From NCBI GenBank assembly GCA_001179505.1, contig CDMY01000555.1, forward strand, positions 1 to 52,274: a stretch of 52,274 nucleotides of DNA, read 5' to 3'. This DNA is from Vitrella brassicaformis CCMP3155 (Eukaryota; Protista; Chromerida). The notes below the pieces were generated by a model. It was not told the origin of the DNA, did no database searches, and saw only the letters and a list, made by a program, of their open reading frames with translations. The stretch's first letter is position 1. The number at the start of each line of letters is the position of its first letter. The position numbers and the translations under genes were made by a program. Shown here piece after piece: positions 1 through 15,233 of the stretch.

Positions 1-1226
1 GTTGATGCGTCCAGTCCTGGCTGTGGGCTGGATGCTGTCCTGCTTGTGCTTGCCTAAAGAAGACACACACACACACACACCTCTCCACCACATTCCATCC
101 AGCCTACATTTCATTTCCCCCCATCACCAGTGAGGAATCCCTCAGCGATCACGCCCCAGGGCACGATGCCGAGGCCGCATTCAACTGCCATCGGCAGCAG
201 GTCGTTCTCCAAAGAACGCTCCAGCATGTTGTACCTCGTCTGCAGGGCGATGAACGGGGTCCAGTCTGCACACACACATGTGTTCACAGGGGCGCATGCA
301 GATGCCATGTCTGACCTTTGAAGTGCGCCATGGTGTTTGCCTTCGACATGACCCATGCGGGTGTGTCGGACACGCCGCAGTACAGCACCTTGCCGCACCT
401 GACGCAGTCGTCGAGGGCGCGCATCACCTCCTCCACAGGCGTCCGGTACTCCCACGCATGGATGTACAACAAATCGATGTATCCAATCTGACACACACAC
501 ACACACACACATCCCAATCACATGAAGCCACTCCCGCACTGCACTGCTTGTATGGAGGCGTGTGCATGCCTGCATGCGCTTGAGCGATGCGTCCAGGTTC
601 TCGACCAGACTCTTGCGGCTGTTTCCAGAAAGGCACTCGCGGCGCTTGTCGGCCCCGTTTTGGGGCATTATGTGACCCAGGTTGAGGGTGTACTTGGTCG
701 CCTGCAAACGAAACACGCACCACCCATCGCACGGTGGGCCGCCCTCCTCTCTGTTGTGTGTGTGTGTACCAGGACGAGGTTGCTGCGCCTCTCGCCGATC
801 ATGTCGCCCAGGAATTTCTCAGAATGGCCGCCTGCGAATGGGTATGGTATGTTTGCCGTGTCGATGAAGTTGCCTGACCAAGCACAACAAACCAGGAACA
901 GACCACACATAGAGCGGGGGTACTGTGACTGTCTGACTCACCGCCCTTGCTGTAATAGAGGTCGAAGATCTTCTTGCTCGTCTCAAAGTCACACCCCAGT
1001 GCGCAGCCCTCCGCATTGGGGCTGTCGGCGCCAAAAGTCTGCAGTGTCACACACAGTACAGAGCACAAGACAATCTCTGCACATGAATGGCTGATCTCTC
1101 TCTTTTCCACACCATGGCGCCGAGGCACAGCGGCGAGACCCTCAGGCCGGATCTGCCGAGGAGAACGTAGTCATCGAGGGCCTTTGAGCAGCCGTACGCA
1201 GGCGACACGTAGGCAGGCTCTATCAT
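1..1226 (-). CDS. Aldo-keto reductase (aryl-alcohol dehydrogenase-like), multi-exon, 3' end runs off the left edge of the window
   Basis: Spliced translation MIEPAYVSPAYGCSKALDDYVLLGRSGLRVSPLCLGAM/TFG..., GGNFIDTANIY, YTLNLG, LKRMQ..YIDLLYIHAWEYRTPVEEVMRALDD.VR.GKVLY.GVSDTPAW, ALQTRYNMLERSLE.DLLPMA..CGLGIVPWGVIAEGFLTG: canonical AKR motifs. ATG at 1226. Confidence 0.93.
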
Positions 1227-1481
1227 GGATGGGTCAGATGCAACGACAGATCAGGGATGTGCTGCACTGCACAGATCTCCTTCTCTCGAGAAGAAAGAAG
1301 GTTCCCTCTCTAAGCTCGCAAGGCATTCGTCTGGTATTCACACGAAGCCAAAGCGCAGGTATGCGACGACAGCTGGCAGCAGACGCCAACTCATTCACTT
1401 TGGATCTGCCTGCTTGCGTTTTCCTTCTTTCTGCAGGTCGTTGCTTGTGTGGTACTTGTGTGTGTGGGATTCGCTGTCACC

Positions 1482-2147
1482 ATGGCGCACGCGTGGTACC
1501 ATTCCGAGGACCTCCTCACCAGCGGGCTCTGTGAGCTGGTGTTCGCCCTCGTCGTCGTGGGATTCATCCTCATGTACATGTGCATGCAAACACTCCAGAA
1601 AGAAGAGGCCAATGCGCGCGGTGACAGGCGCTGTGGATGGTGTGCTGTGCCTGCAGGTCAAGTGGGTTCGGTGTCCGTATCGAATGCGACTGGCAGCGGA
1701 TGCATGTAGGAAAGCAAAGCGAATCAATCGAGGGGTGCTTCTGGAATGGAATGGATGGCGACTGCTCGTGTGGGTAACCCTCATTGCAGACGGCCCAGCT
1801 GGCGTTTGTGATCCACGCGCTGATCCAGATCTCGCTGGGCTACGTACTACCGGCGTGGATGTGGTCAGCCAGCAACAGCCACACCCACAGCAGCACAAGG
1901 CACACTGAAGAAATGCACTCGCCATCCGTTTGTGTGTGCGTGTATGTGTCCGTGCAGGTACTACCGAGGCACGTGGTTCAAGATCATCTTCATCATCTTG
2001 TCGTGGCTGACGCCCCTGCGGCACTTTGTGGAGGCGCTGTCGGACAAGATGCGGGAGAGCAAGGTGTCCGAGCAGTTCTTCCTCTTCGCCTTCCTCGTCC
2101 ACTCCATCCAGTATGTGTGGCTGCTCGTCAAGTATCTGAATGACTAA
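1482..2147 (+). CDS. Uncharacterised small polytopic membrane protein (about 4-5 TM), multi-exon; start uncertain
   Basis: A phase-consistent exon chain gives MAHAWYHSEDLLTSGLCELVFALVVVGFILMYM/SSGFGVRIECDWQRMH/TAQLAFVIHALIQISLGYVLPA/YYRGTWFKIIFIILSWLTPLRHF...FFLFAFLVHSIQYVWLLVKYLND*. Exons upstream of 1482 are possible (donor at ~1359). No family recognised. Confidence 0.65.
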
Positions 2148-2821
2148 GGCGTTGGGCGTGGACGTGGGCGTGATAAGGCAATTCCCCTCTCTGGGCGTGG
2201 ATGGGGTTTTCTCACATATGTAGGCCATCGTGCATGATTCCGTCGTACGTGTGGGTGTGTGTATGGGTCTTCCGTGCTTAGCGGCGGTATTGGTGCCGCT
2301 GTGTGGCTGGGGTGCCGGGTTTTCTCGTTGAGTGGTGGGGCGCTCGTTTGTCTTTCGTGGGTAGGCTACGTTATTTGCATCGATCATGTTCATGTGTGTG
2401 TGTGTGTGGATATGTATATGTATGGTACGTGTACGACTTGAAAGCACCGACACGCATCTTTTTCCCCTCCTCGTCTATTGGTCAACGACGTGTCCCTGTC
2501 TGTGAGACTATGAGCGTGGTTGTTGTCTGACATCGGCATCGGGCAGCGCTGGGCAGGAGTGGATCCAAGCAGTTCACATTGCCGAACGTGCCAGCTGGCG
2601 AGTTGGGCGATATGTGCTGCTTGCAGATCAACCCTGTTCAGGCGGCGCTTGGGTATGTGTCCGCTCACGAGTCAGACTGACGGACATCCTCGTACATTTG
2701 TCTAATGGGACAGACTGTTATACAGCCAACGCGATGCGGGCCTGTTCTTTCTACGGCGGCCGGCGGCCGGGCCAGGTTTGGCCGATTCTTGAGGCCCCAT
2801 GACGCCCCGACGCGGACAACG

Positions 2822-5800
2822 ATGATGAGCTGGGTGGTGTTGCTGGCCCTGCTGCAATGGAGGGTGGCTGCCTCGTCGAATGAACCAAATGCAACCTACG
2901 CACTGCGAGGGATTCTGGCAGCCAGCGGCGATGGTGGCAGTTTCGTTGGTGAGGTCTCACCGGAGTTTAGATACAAGCAGAAGAACCAGCTAAGCGCACA
3001 CCTGCATCGAGAAGACAGTCAGTTGTGTCTGTTTGTATGCTTGTCTGTTTCTCTGTTTGTCTGTCCCCTGTGTGTGTGCGCAGTTATTTTGTCCACATCA
3101 CGGACACCCACCTTCTCGTGACGTACAGAGCCGACTACGGCCGTAAGACAGTGCACGGAGTGGAACCAGAATGCGTCGTTGTCTCCCCATGCGTGCAAAC
3201 GTGCAGCGCCTTGCCACCCCGACCCGCGATACATCAGGAAGAACAAGGTATCCTGTCTGTCTGTCTGTCCGGTTGATGCTCTTGTTATCCCGTCTGTCTG
3301 TCTGTCTTGTTGATGCTCTTGTTCAAGTTGACTGGCAATGAGGGCAACCGCTTCTTGAAGCCAGCTCCCGTGGGCAGGATTGGGTGCGATCCCCCCCTTA
3401 ACCTCGTCATGTCCGTGGCCAAGAAGATCCATCACTTCAGCAAACTGAGGTCCCATCCTCCAAGCTTCGTCATGATGACGGGCGATGTCGCTGGACACGG
3501 CATTGACGAATACCAGGTACACACTCAGTCATTTGCACAGACACACACAGACACAGACAGACAGATAGACAGACAGACGCAAATCAATCGTCACAAGTGT
3601 GTGTCCTCCTGGCTGCCTTTCTTGCCTTATGCTCATTCAGTTCAAAGACACACTCCGGTCAGGGGGCAGGCACTTCACTGTGTGTGTGCGTGTGTGTGGT
3701 TTGTTGCCGTCTCGTTGATCTATTTCTGTCCACCAATGTCAATCTGCCTGCATTTCATGTATGCAGGTTCCGCGCAATACACCAGTTCATCTGGAGTGTC
3801 TCATACCAGATCGACCTCGCGAAAGTCCCCTTTGTCTTCTGCCCCGGCAACAACGATTTGTGGTCAGACAGAAAAATGCCTTTAATCCTCCTTCTGCCTC
3901 CTTGTTCCAGGTACAACAATTTCATCAATACGAGCCTCACGTTAATCGACATTGATAAGGAGCCAGATGTGATGGAGGTGTGCTGGGGAGACATCCAGTT
4001 CATCTTCGATGAAGACCTGACCGTACTGGCGCGCTGCGAGATGGCGCTGCGGCAGGTGGGCTGGCAGCCAGCACTCTGGCACCTTCTCAGAGACTATATC
4101 GGGCTCTTCGCCGCCGACAAAGAAGACCAATCGCAGGTACAAGAGTCATGAAAACGACACATCGCCCTTTAGGGCTTGATCACTTATGCGTGCAGACATT
4201 CCGGTTGGGCCTGTTCCATGCCGTTGAGATGCCTCCGCCTTCGAGCGTCAGGATCATATCGCTAAATACGATGCTCTGGGGCAAGTACCGCCGGCCGGAC
4301 GACAAGCAGTTCCCGTGGAACAGGGCGGGCGTCAACCCCGAGTCATGGCCTGACCCCCGTAAGCAAACCGTCTGTTGGTGTCACTTGTGAGTGAATGAAG
4401 AATGAATGAATGAGTGTAGTCGGGCAGTTTGCCTTTATTCGGAAGCACTTGGACAGAGCGAAGGCCAAGGGGCAGAAGGTAAGCGAGCTTGGTGGAGTGA
4501 GCAGAGACAGCGACCTGATGGAATAATGAGTGAGCGCGCCTTTCCTTCTCGGCTGGCTGTTCGATCTGGCGGAGAGCAGGTGTACATTATTGGTGAGCAG
4601 GGCAGACACAGGGAAGCCAATCACATGTCGAATGCTGTGGCTCGTCACGTCAGGTCATCAATTTCCTGGAATTCATGCGTACGAATCGGGCAAGAAATAC
4701 GTATTCGAGGCGGAATGGCAGGAGTATTACTTCCGCAAGTGAGCGAGCAGCCATTCTTGATGTGTCTCGTGGCTGCACTCACTTCACTGTCTGTGTGCAG
4801 GTTCCAGCAGATCATGTATGAATACAGAGACACCATCCCAGCTCTCTTTGCAGGACACATACACGGTGTGTGACACAGGAATGGATGGGGGATGGAATGG
4901 AGGAATGCTACACACACTGCTCGCACCCATTACGCCAATAACGATGTCTCTCGTGCAGGCGATTCCTACCGAGTACCATACTTCAAACCAGACATGTCTC
5001 CGGCCGCCGCCGGTACTGCCGCGCCAGGAGAGGGGACGGAAATGTGGGAGTGGCCTCCCTCCGCCAGAGAAGTATCATCCCGAGCTCCAGCAGCTGCCGC
5101 CCATTTTCATCGGAGGCGCCATCTCCCCCAACCTAGCCAACAATCCGATGTACGTATTTACGCATATTCATGGGGCTGAATGGTGTTTGTGCTCGATGGA
5201 CCGGCTGGCTGACCGATCAGGTTTGCCGTCAGGGAATACAACCCAGAACACAAGTAAGCGGACAGCCAACACACGCACGCCGGCCACCGGTGCCTTCATT
5301 GCATACCGAAACACATATGCGCACAGAAACATCGTGGATTCGTTGGGCTACTACCTGCCACTGGCGCAGAGCAACAATTTCGCTAGTCGGTTTGTGGAGT
5401 CCCGTCCGCACCTGGTGCTGCTTGAATGTTCACTCCGAACTTGCCCATCTCAGGTCGGCGGCACGACATGGACATAACGGCTGACGACTGGGCATTCGAG
5501 TACCGATTTACCGTAAGCACGACGTAAGCTCGACCGGATGTACCTTATCTCTCTCCCTCTCTCTCTCCCTGTGTGTGTGTGTGTGTATGTGTCTGTCTCC
5601 GTGTGTCTCTGTGTGTGTGTGGATATATCTATCGGTCTACAGGACGCCTACAACGTGCAAGAAACGGACCCCAACACCCTCACCCACCTCGTGACGCGCA
5701 TCTCGGATGCCAGGAGCAGAGAAAAGGCGTACGTCAGCCCATGAGACACAAGCACCAACACACACGAACCTTTCTGTCCGTCCGTCTGCCTGTCTCTCTC

Positions 5801-6080
5801 TCTCTCTCTCTGTCTGTCGTCTGTCTGCGTGCCAAAGCATCTTCTGGAATTACTATTTCGGATCACCCAACTTCCCCCACATGGAGTGCATCATGACCTC
5901 CCTCGGCTCATACGATGGTGATTGAGGCACTCACTGTGATCGATCTCCTGCACCTTCAATTCTGGAATCTCTGCGCCACCTGCAGGCGGCTACTGCCCGT
6001 TGGATGTCGACTATAGCCCCAAATCATCGTGGCCCGGAGGCGGTCAGAAGGGACCGGGTTTGGACGCGCTGTATGCCTGA
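2822..6080 (+). CDS. Secreted calcineurin-like metallophosphoesterase, acid sphingomyelinase-like / endopolyphosphatase family, multi-exon
   Basis: Signal peptide MMSWVVLLALLQWRVAAS; metal-binding motifs HITDTH, MTGDVAGH, PGNND, SLNT, GHQFPG, LFAGHIH; GAISP..ANNP. Last exon inferred to end ...DALYA* at 6080 (alternative stop at 5925). Confidence 0.85.
3255..3323. repeat. Intronic 32-bp direct duplication
   Basis: gtctgtctgtctgtc(cg/tt)gttgatgctcttgtt occurs at 3255-3286 and 3292-3323. Confidence 0.85.
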
Positions 6081-6278
6081 TTGAGCGGCGGAGCGAGTGA
6101 GTAAGACATACATGTATGAGCTTTGTGACGCTTCGCGGTTGAGTAGCTGGGCCTTGTGCATTAGATAGACGATTGCAGCTAGGCCTGACTTGACAGTCTG
6201 TCCAGCTTCACCCAACCATCAAAGCACCCTCTCAGGACAAGAAAAAGAGCGGGTGACCATCTCGGTCACTCACGTCAC

Positions 6279-7341
6279 TCACAGGCCGAAGAAAGCCTTG
6301 GCCGCCTGCTCGTCCATCTGCAGCTGTGCCTTGAGGGCCTCGACACCGCTGAACTTCTGCTCTGGGCGAAGAAACTTGAGCCACTGGACAATGATGGTGA
6401 CGCCGTCTCCCAGATCCGTCTCGTCCACATCAAGGAGATGCACCTGGGGTATGGGTGACATACATCACCTCAATGAAGGACCCCGGCATGTTTGTCTGTC
6501 GAGGGGTGGTGCAGTGGGGGCTGTGTCTGTCGTTGCTCACTGACCTCGAGGAGCGGTTCAGGGTCTGCCTCGTTGACGGTGGGACGCAGGCCGTAATTCG
6601 CCACGCCGGGGTGGCCCTCATTCCCTGCACCGACCCCACCGATAAACGAAGGAAAGACCCACACAGACCCACATTGTGACTGACATCACAAAATGGACGA
6701 GCAGGCTTGGCATTGCGCGTAGCGTACCGGGTGTGCCGTGTTGATCCAGGCGTGTCACACGGACGGCATACACCCCATAGCGAGGCCGCGACTCCTCAGG
6801 AGGTGACCACCTGACCGACCAGTCAGCCATGCCATTGATTGACACACACACGCAGGCACAGCACACCGCTTCTTCGTCACCACTCACTGTTACCTAATGT
6901 TGAGTGTGGGGAAGCCGATGGTGCGGCCGAGGCGCTTGCCGCCCTGGACCAGACCTTTGGCAGCGTCGGGCAGCTTGTCGTTGCTGGGCGGGGCTGCTGA
7001 TGGGGGAGTGGGTTGGGGTGGGGGTGGGGGTGAGGCTGGTGTATCCCCTCCTGTTGCTGCTGTCTCGTCGTTGGGGTGTGCGAAGCACCGGACGGACCGC
7101 TGTGGGGGACTGTGTGGTGAGCGGGTGCTTGTGAGCTGAAGCAGGGAGCGATGGTGGTGGGCGAGACCGATACCTGAAACACACAAGACACAGACAGAGA
7201 GACACAGGATGACAAATAAATGAGTAGCGACGGTCCGACCCTCCTGTGGGTGCAACGGTAGGGTAGGCAGAACGGACTATGGACTGGATGGGTTGCTGTG
7301 CTAGTGTGAGTGACTGCCAGGGCAATAGCTACAAGTGGCAT
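6279..7341 (-). CDS. RFK: Riboflavin kinase, bacterial RibF C-terminal-domain type without FAD synthetase domain; probable bipartite leader
   Basis: GLVQGGKRLGRTIGFPTLNI, PRYGVYAVRV, GVANYGLRPTV, LEVHLLD, WLKFLRPEQKFSGVEALKAQLQMDEQAAK. Upstream hydrophobic LFVILCLSVCVLCVSG followed by an S/T/R/P-rich stretch. First exon (ATG 7341) is tentative. Confidence 0.9.
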
Positions 7342-7654
7342 GTCTGTCTCCAGATGGCAGGCATTAAGCTTGACTTCACGTGACTGACGCATGGCATGTG
7401 TGAGGCAGCTTAGCTTGCAGCGCTCGCAGGAAGTCACATTGACATCAATGCGATCGATGCGATAGATAAGATAGACACGATATACCCAACACACACACAG
7501 CCCCACGCCGGCCGATTAACCAAACCCATTGGACACACCCACACTTACACACACTATACAGATCGACCATGACACGCCACACATCCACACATCCATCCAT
7601 CCATCCATAGACAGACAGTGTAAAAGAGCCACATGTGCGGGTGGGTCGGGTCAG

Positions 7655-11680
<4,026 letters not shown>

Positions 11681-12149
11681 CGGCAGCCGTGGAGCGATGA
11701 GTGTGGAAGCATCGGATGCCCTCCTGTTGTTCTGTCGCCCGCTGCCGTCACGATAAGCAAGGGAAGGTCCTCCTCCCGCAGTAGCTCCGGATCGCATCGA
11801 CGAGCAGGCTGAGGATGAGCATGAGAGATGGGTCATCTGGTGCGGGGAGCGCCTTCGGCACCTCAGCAGCAGCAAGATCTCCGCCTCAGCAGCACATGAT
11901 TCATGAGTAGCGGTGCAGCGCTGACGCCGAGTGCTCCTCCTCAGGCTGGTCCTCAGGCCCAATAAAGCGGTTCAAAGCTTGCATCTTCCCACCTGCGAGC
12001 TCAGCTTGCAGACGCCAGAGGGAGATAGCGGCAAAAAGGCAAGCAAGGCTGTCTATGCATCAAGCAGTGTCATGCGCATCGCATACCGTTGTGATCGATC
12101 TTTGCTTTGCTTGTGTGCAGGAGTGTGTCACAGTGTCTTGTGTGGACCG

Positions 12150-14419
12150 ATGGCTCATCCAAGTGCACCAAGGGACAGATCAGCAGCAGCAGCAGCAGCA
12201 GCAGCACCAGCACGATGCTGCCTATCTTCTGTCGTCACCATCCTGGTGGTTTGCCTGAGTGTGCTAGCGAATGCCGTCACCTGTTCGTCCTCATTTGGCC
12301 CTTCATTATTCACGTAAGTAAGGCGGCGAGATGCACTGCACTCACTGCAAAGGGACCGGTACGTAGGACCTTCATGCGCTGGTCGGTCTGTCGACTCAGA
12401 TCCCTCCCAGCAGCGTTTGTCAGCGGTCCTCGCCTGTTGCCCTTGGCCTTGCACAGGCATCGTCCGTCGTCTTATCATCGTTCGCCCGTGAGGATGAGCA
12501 GCAGCCCTCGGTCCGGTGGTGTGGACAGTGTGGCGCCGCAGACCACACCCACCAGCAGCCAGAGCACCACCAGCAGCGGCAGCAGCCAGAGCAGCAGCAG
12601 CCAGAGCAGCAGCAGCAGCGACTCTGTTCATGCACCGCACAGTCATGTGTCGACTGGGAGGGAGGGGATTGAGGAAGGGACAGATGAGCAGGCCAACCCG
12701 ATACTGGAGGTGAGCTGAGTGTGTGTGGTCAGGGAGGAGGGCCATTCGTGTGTGTGTGTGTGTGTGTGGATGCAGCGTCTTCGCCAAAGGCGAGCCGACG
12801 GGGCGGCCAATGACTTCTCGCCCCTGGAGGACTGGGCTATACTGGTAATCATCAGCTGAGCAGCTCCCACGCACACACCCTCCCTCCCTCCCATGTGTGT
12901 GTTCTTGTTTGTGTGGGTGCGTCAAATAAATCAGGACAATGTTGAGAAGTACCTGACATTGGACGGGCAGTCCGTGGCGTGGCGGCGGATGGCGCAGGAC
13001 GTCGAGGACTTCCAGGTGGCGAAGCGGAGGCCTATCGAGCTCAGGGACAGGTGGACCCAGGTACTGACGCAAACACCGCCTCGTGTGCTGTGTGTGCCTG
13101 TGTATTGACATTGTCTGTTCTGTGTGTCTTCCCCCCCCAGTTGGTGCGTGATCCGTCAGCGTTGGGCGACCGGCCAGAGTCTCCGGAGGTCAACCCATTC
13201 AAGAAGAGCAAGACCCCAAAAGTCGCCGAACCACTCTCGCCAAGGGTCAGTCAGTCACAATATCTACCAGTCACCCAACCTATACACCAGGCTGGCTGGC
13301 AGACATGTGTGTTGACTGCACGTGTGTATGCATTTTGCCTGGCTGCAGGACGAGAAGGACCTGCAGAACCTCTCCACCATCCACCCAGTGAGTGAGTTGT
13401 GGGCCAACACAGTAGACACACACACACTCACACACACCCACACCTACGTGTTTGTCGACACATCAATCCACACAGATACTGGAGGAGTGGGAGGAGCTGC
13501 CCGACGGCCGCTACCAGGGCCTGCTCGTGGGGGAGCGGGGCGTCGACATCGGATCCAACATCGCCACTGAGTTCGTGCCGCAGGAACACCGGACTCTCTA
13601 CTACATCAAAACCATATCAGGTGCGCTGCCACACCGAGTCGCCCTTGACAAGCCGGCAATGAGTGTGTGTGTGTGTGTGTGTGGTTGTAGGTAAGATATA
13701 CGAGTTGGGCATGAGCCGCGCGGAGGCCCGCCTGATGGACGAGGAAGATGCAATCACATTCGTGGAGCTCTTCCAGATGCTCAAGCAGAGACCCCTCGTG
13801 GTCCGTCAGTCAGTCCTGAAACCACATACACACCCCTGCCTCTCATCGATGTCTGTCTGAATGGCATGGATGCAGGCGGCGGGCATAGCGACGGCCGGCG
13901 CCGTGATCATCGGGCTGCAAGTCTTCTTGGCCTCACTCTCTGTGCCCCCCTCAATCGTGACGACCGACCCATCCATCCCCACCCTGCCCTCCGACCTCCA
14001 GCCGACAGACTCGCCCTCGTCGCCACAGCAACTGGGGGGTGGCGGCTCTGGGGCCACGGCCAAGCGGCTGACGCTGACGATTCCTCGAAATGGCGGGCCG
14101 AGGATCACCATGGAGGAGGGTGAGGCGCCGGTTGAGGGGGAGGATGTGTCTCTGTTTTCGATAGAGACGCTACTCATCCGACCTGACAGCAACAAAGAGG
14201 TGAAGAAAGAGGTCTTCCCCCCATGTATCCGATGCACGTGTATGTGTGTGTCGTGTCGGTGTGCAGGGTGGAGGCTTAGGCTTGCTGCCGGATGACACGT
14301 TCGGTTCCCGCATCCGTGAGAAGATCCGTTCTGACGCGCAGCGGTTTGAGGAGCAGATGGGCCGTGAGAGGGCGCGGATCGAGGCTGACATGGAGGAAAT
14401 GAGGAAGGCACTCATGTGA
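12150..14419 (+). CDS. Uncharacterised protein: signal + transit-like leader, single Myb/SANT-like repeat, small beta-rich domain, TM helix, C-terminal coiled coil
   Basis: Spliced translation: LSSVVTILVVCLSVLANAVTCSSSF; PAAFVSGPR; FSPLEDWAIL/DNVEKYLTLDGQSVAWRRMAQDVEDFQVAKRRPIELRDRWTQL; ILEEWEELPDGRYQG...YIKTISG/KIYELG; AAGIATAGAVIIGLQVFLASL; RIREKIRSDAQRFEEQMGRERARIEADMEEMRKALM*. Confidence 0.75.
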
Positions 14420-14560
14420 CCGACTCATGTGACTGATGTGACTGACGACCACGTGTGGCGTACTTACAAACAGGCAGGCCGGCAGATAGAGAGCGAGAGG
14501 TTTTTCTGTGTGGAAAAGGTGCATGCCACTGCATGCCTCTGTGTGGTGTGGTGTGATCTA

Positions 14561-14568
14561 GCGAGAGA

Positions 14569-14600
<32 letters not shown>
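14561..14600. repeat. (GA)n microsatellite next to the assembly gap
   Basis: gcgagagagagggagagagagagagagagagagagagaga seen directly. Confidence 0.9.
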
Positions 14601-14603
<3 letters not shown>

Positions 14604-14634
14604 GGACGAATAGAGAGTAAGGCGGAGTGAGTGG

Positions 14635-14934
14635 NNNNNNNNNNNNNNNNNNNNNNNNNNNNNNNNNNNNNNNNNNNNNNNNNNNNNNNNNNNNNNNNNN
14701 NNNNNNNNNNNNNNNNNNNNNNNNNNNNNNNNNNNNNNNNNNNNNNNNNNNNNNNNNNNNNNNNNNNNNNNNNNNNNNNNNNNNNNNNNNNNNNNNNNNN
14801 NNNNNNNNNNNNNNNNNNNNNNNNNNNNNNNNNNNNNNNNNNNNNNNNNNNNNNNNNNNNNNNNNNNNNNNNNNNNNNNNNNNNNNNNNNNNNNNNNNNN
14901 NNNNNNNNNNNNNNNNNNNNNNNNNNNNNNNNNN
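14635..14934. other. Assembly gap (300 N)
   Basis: Run of n from 14635 to 14934. Confidence 1.
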
Positions 14935-14992
14935 GGGTGGGTGGACACGGTACGGTACGGGCGGGTGGGTGGGTGGACACGGTACGGTACGG
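14935..14992. repeat. 26-bp direct repeat at the gap edge
   Basis: gggtgggtggacacggtacggtacgg at 14935-14960 and 14967-14992. Confidence 0.9.
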
Positions 14993-15233
14993 TGCCATCA
15001 ACTAACTATTCTATGGTGGCAATCAGTCATCGCTGTCCGCACCTGCCTGCCATATTGATCAAAATGAATGTTGGTTGCATCCTGTCCTGTATGTGGGAGT
15101 GCTACACACCCAGTTTAATTCCCCTGGCCTATCGCAAACCGGCCGAGCTGGAGGGTCAATGCAGGGTATGTACCCTGTGGGTTTTCAAACCCTGCCATCG
15201 CGAAGTCCCCTGCTCATACTTCTTTCAGCAAAA

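Noticed and set aside
14412-15058. ORFs spanning the poly-X stretch
   Set aside because: Artefacts of the 300-N gap.
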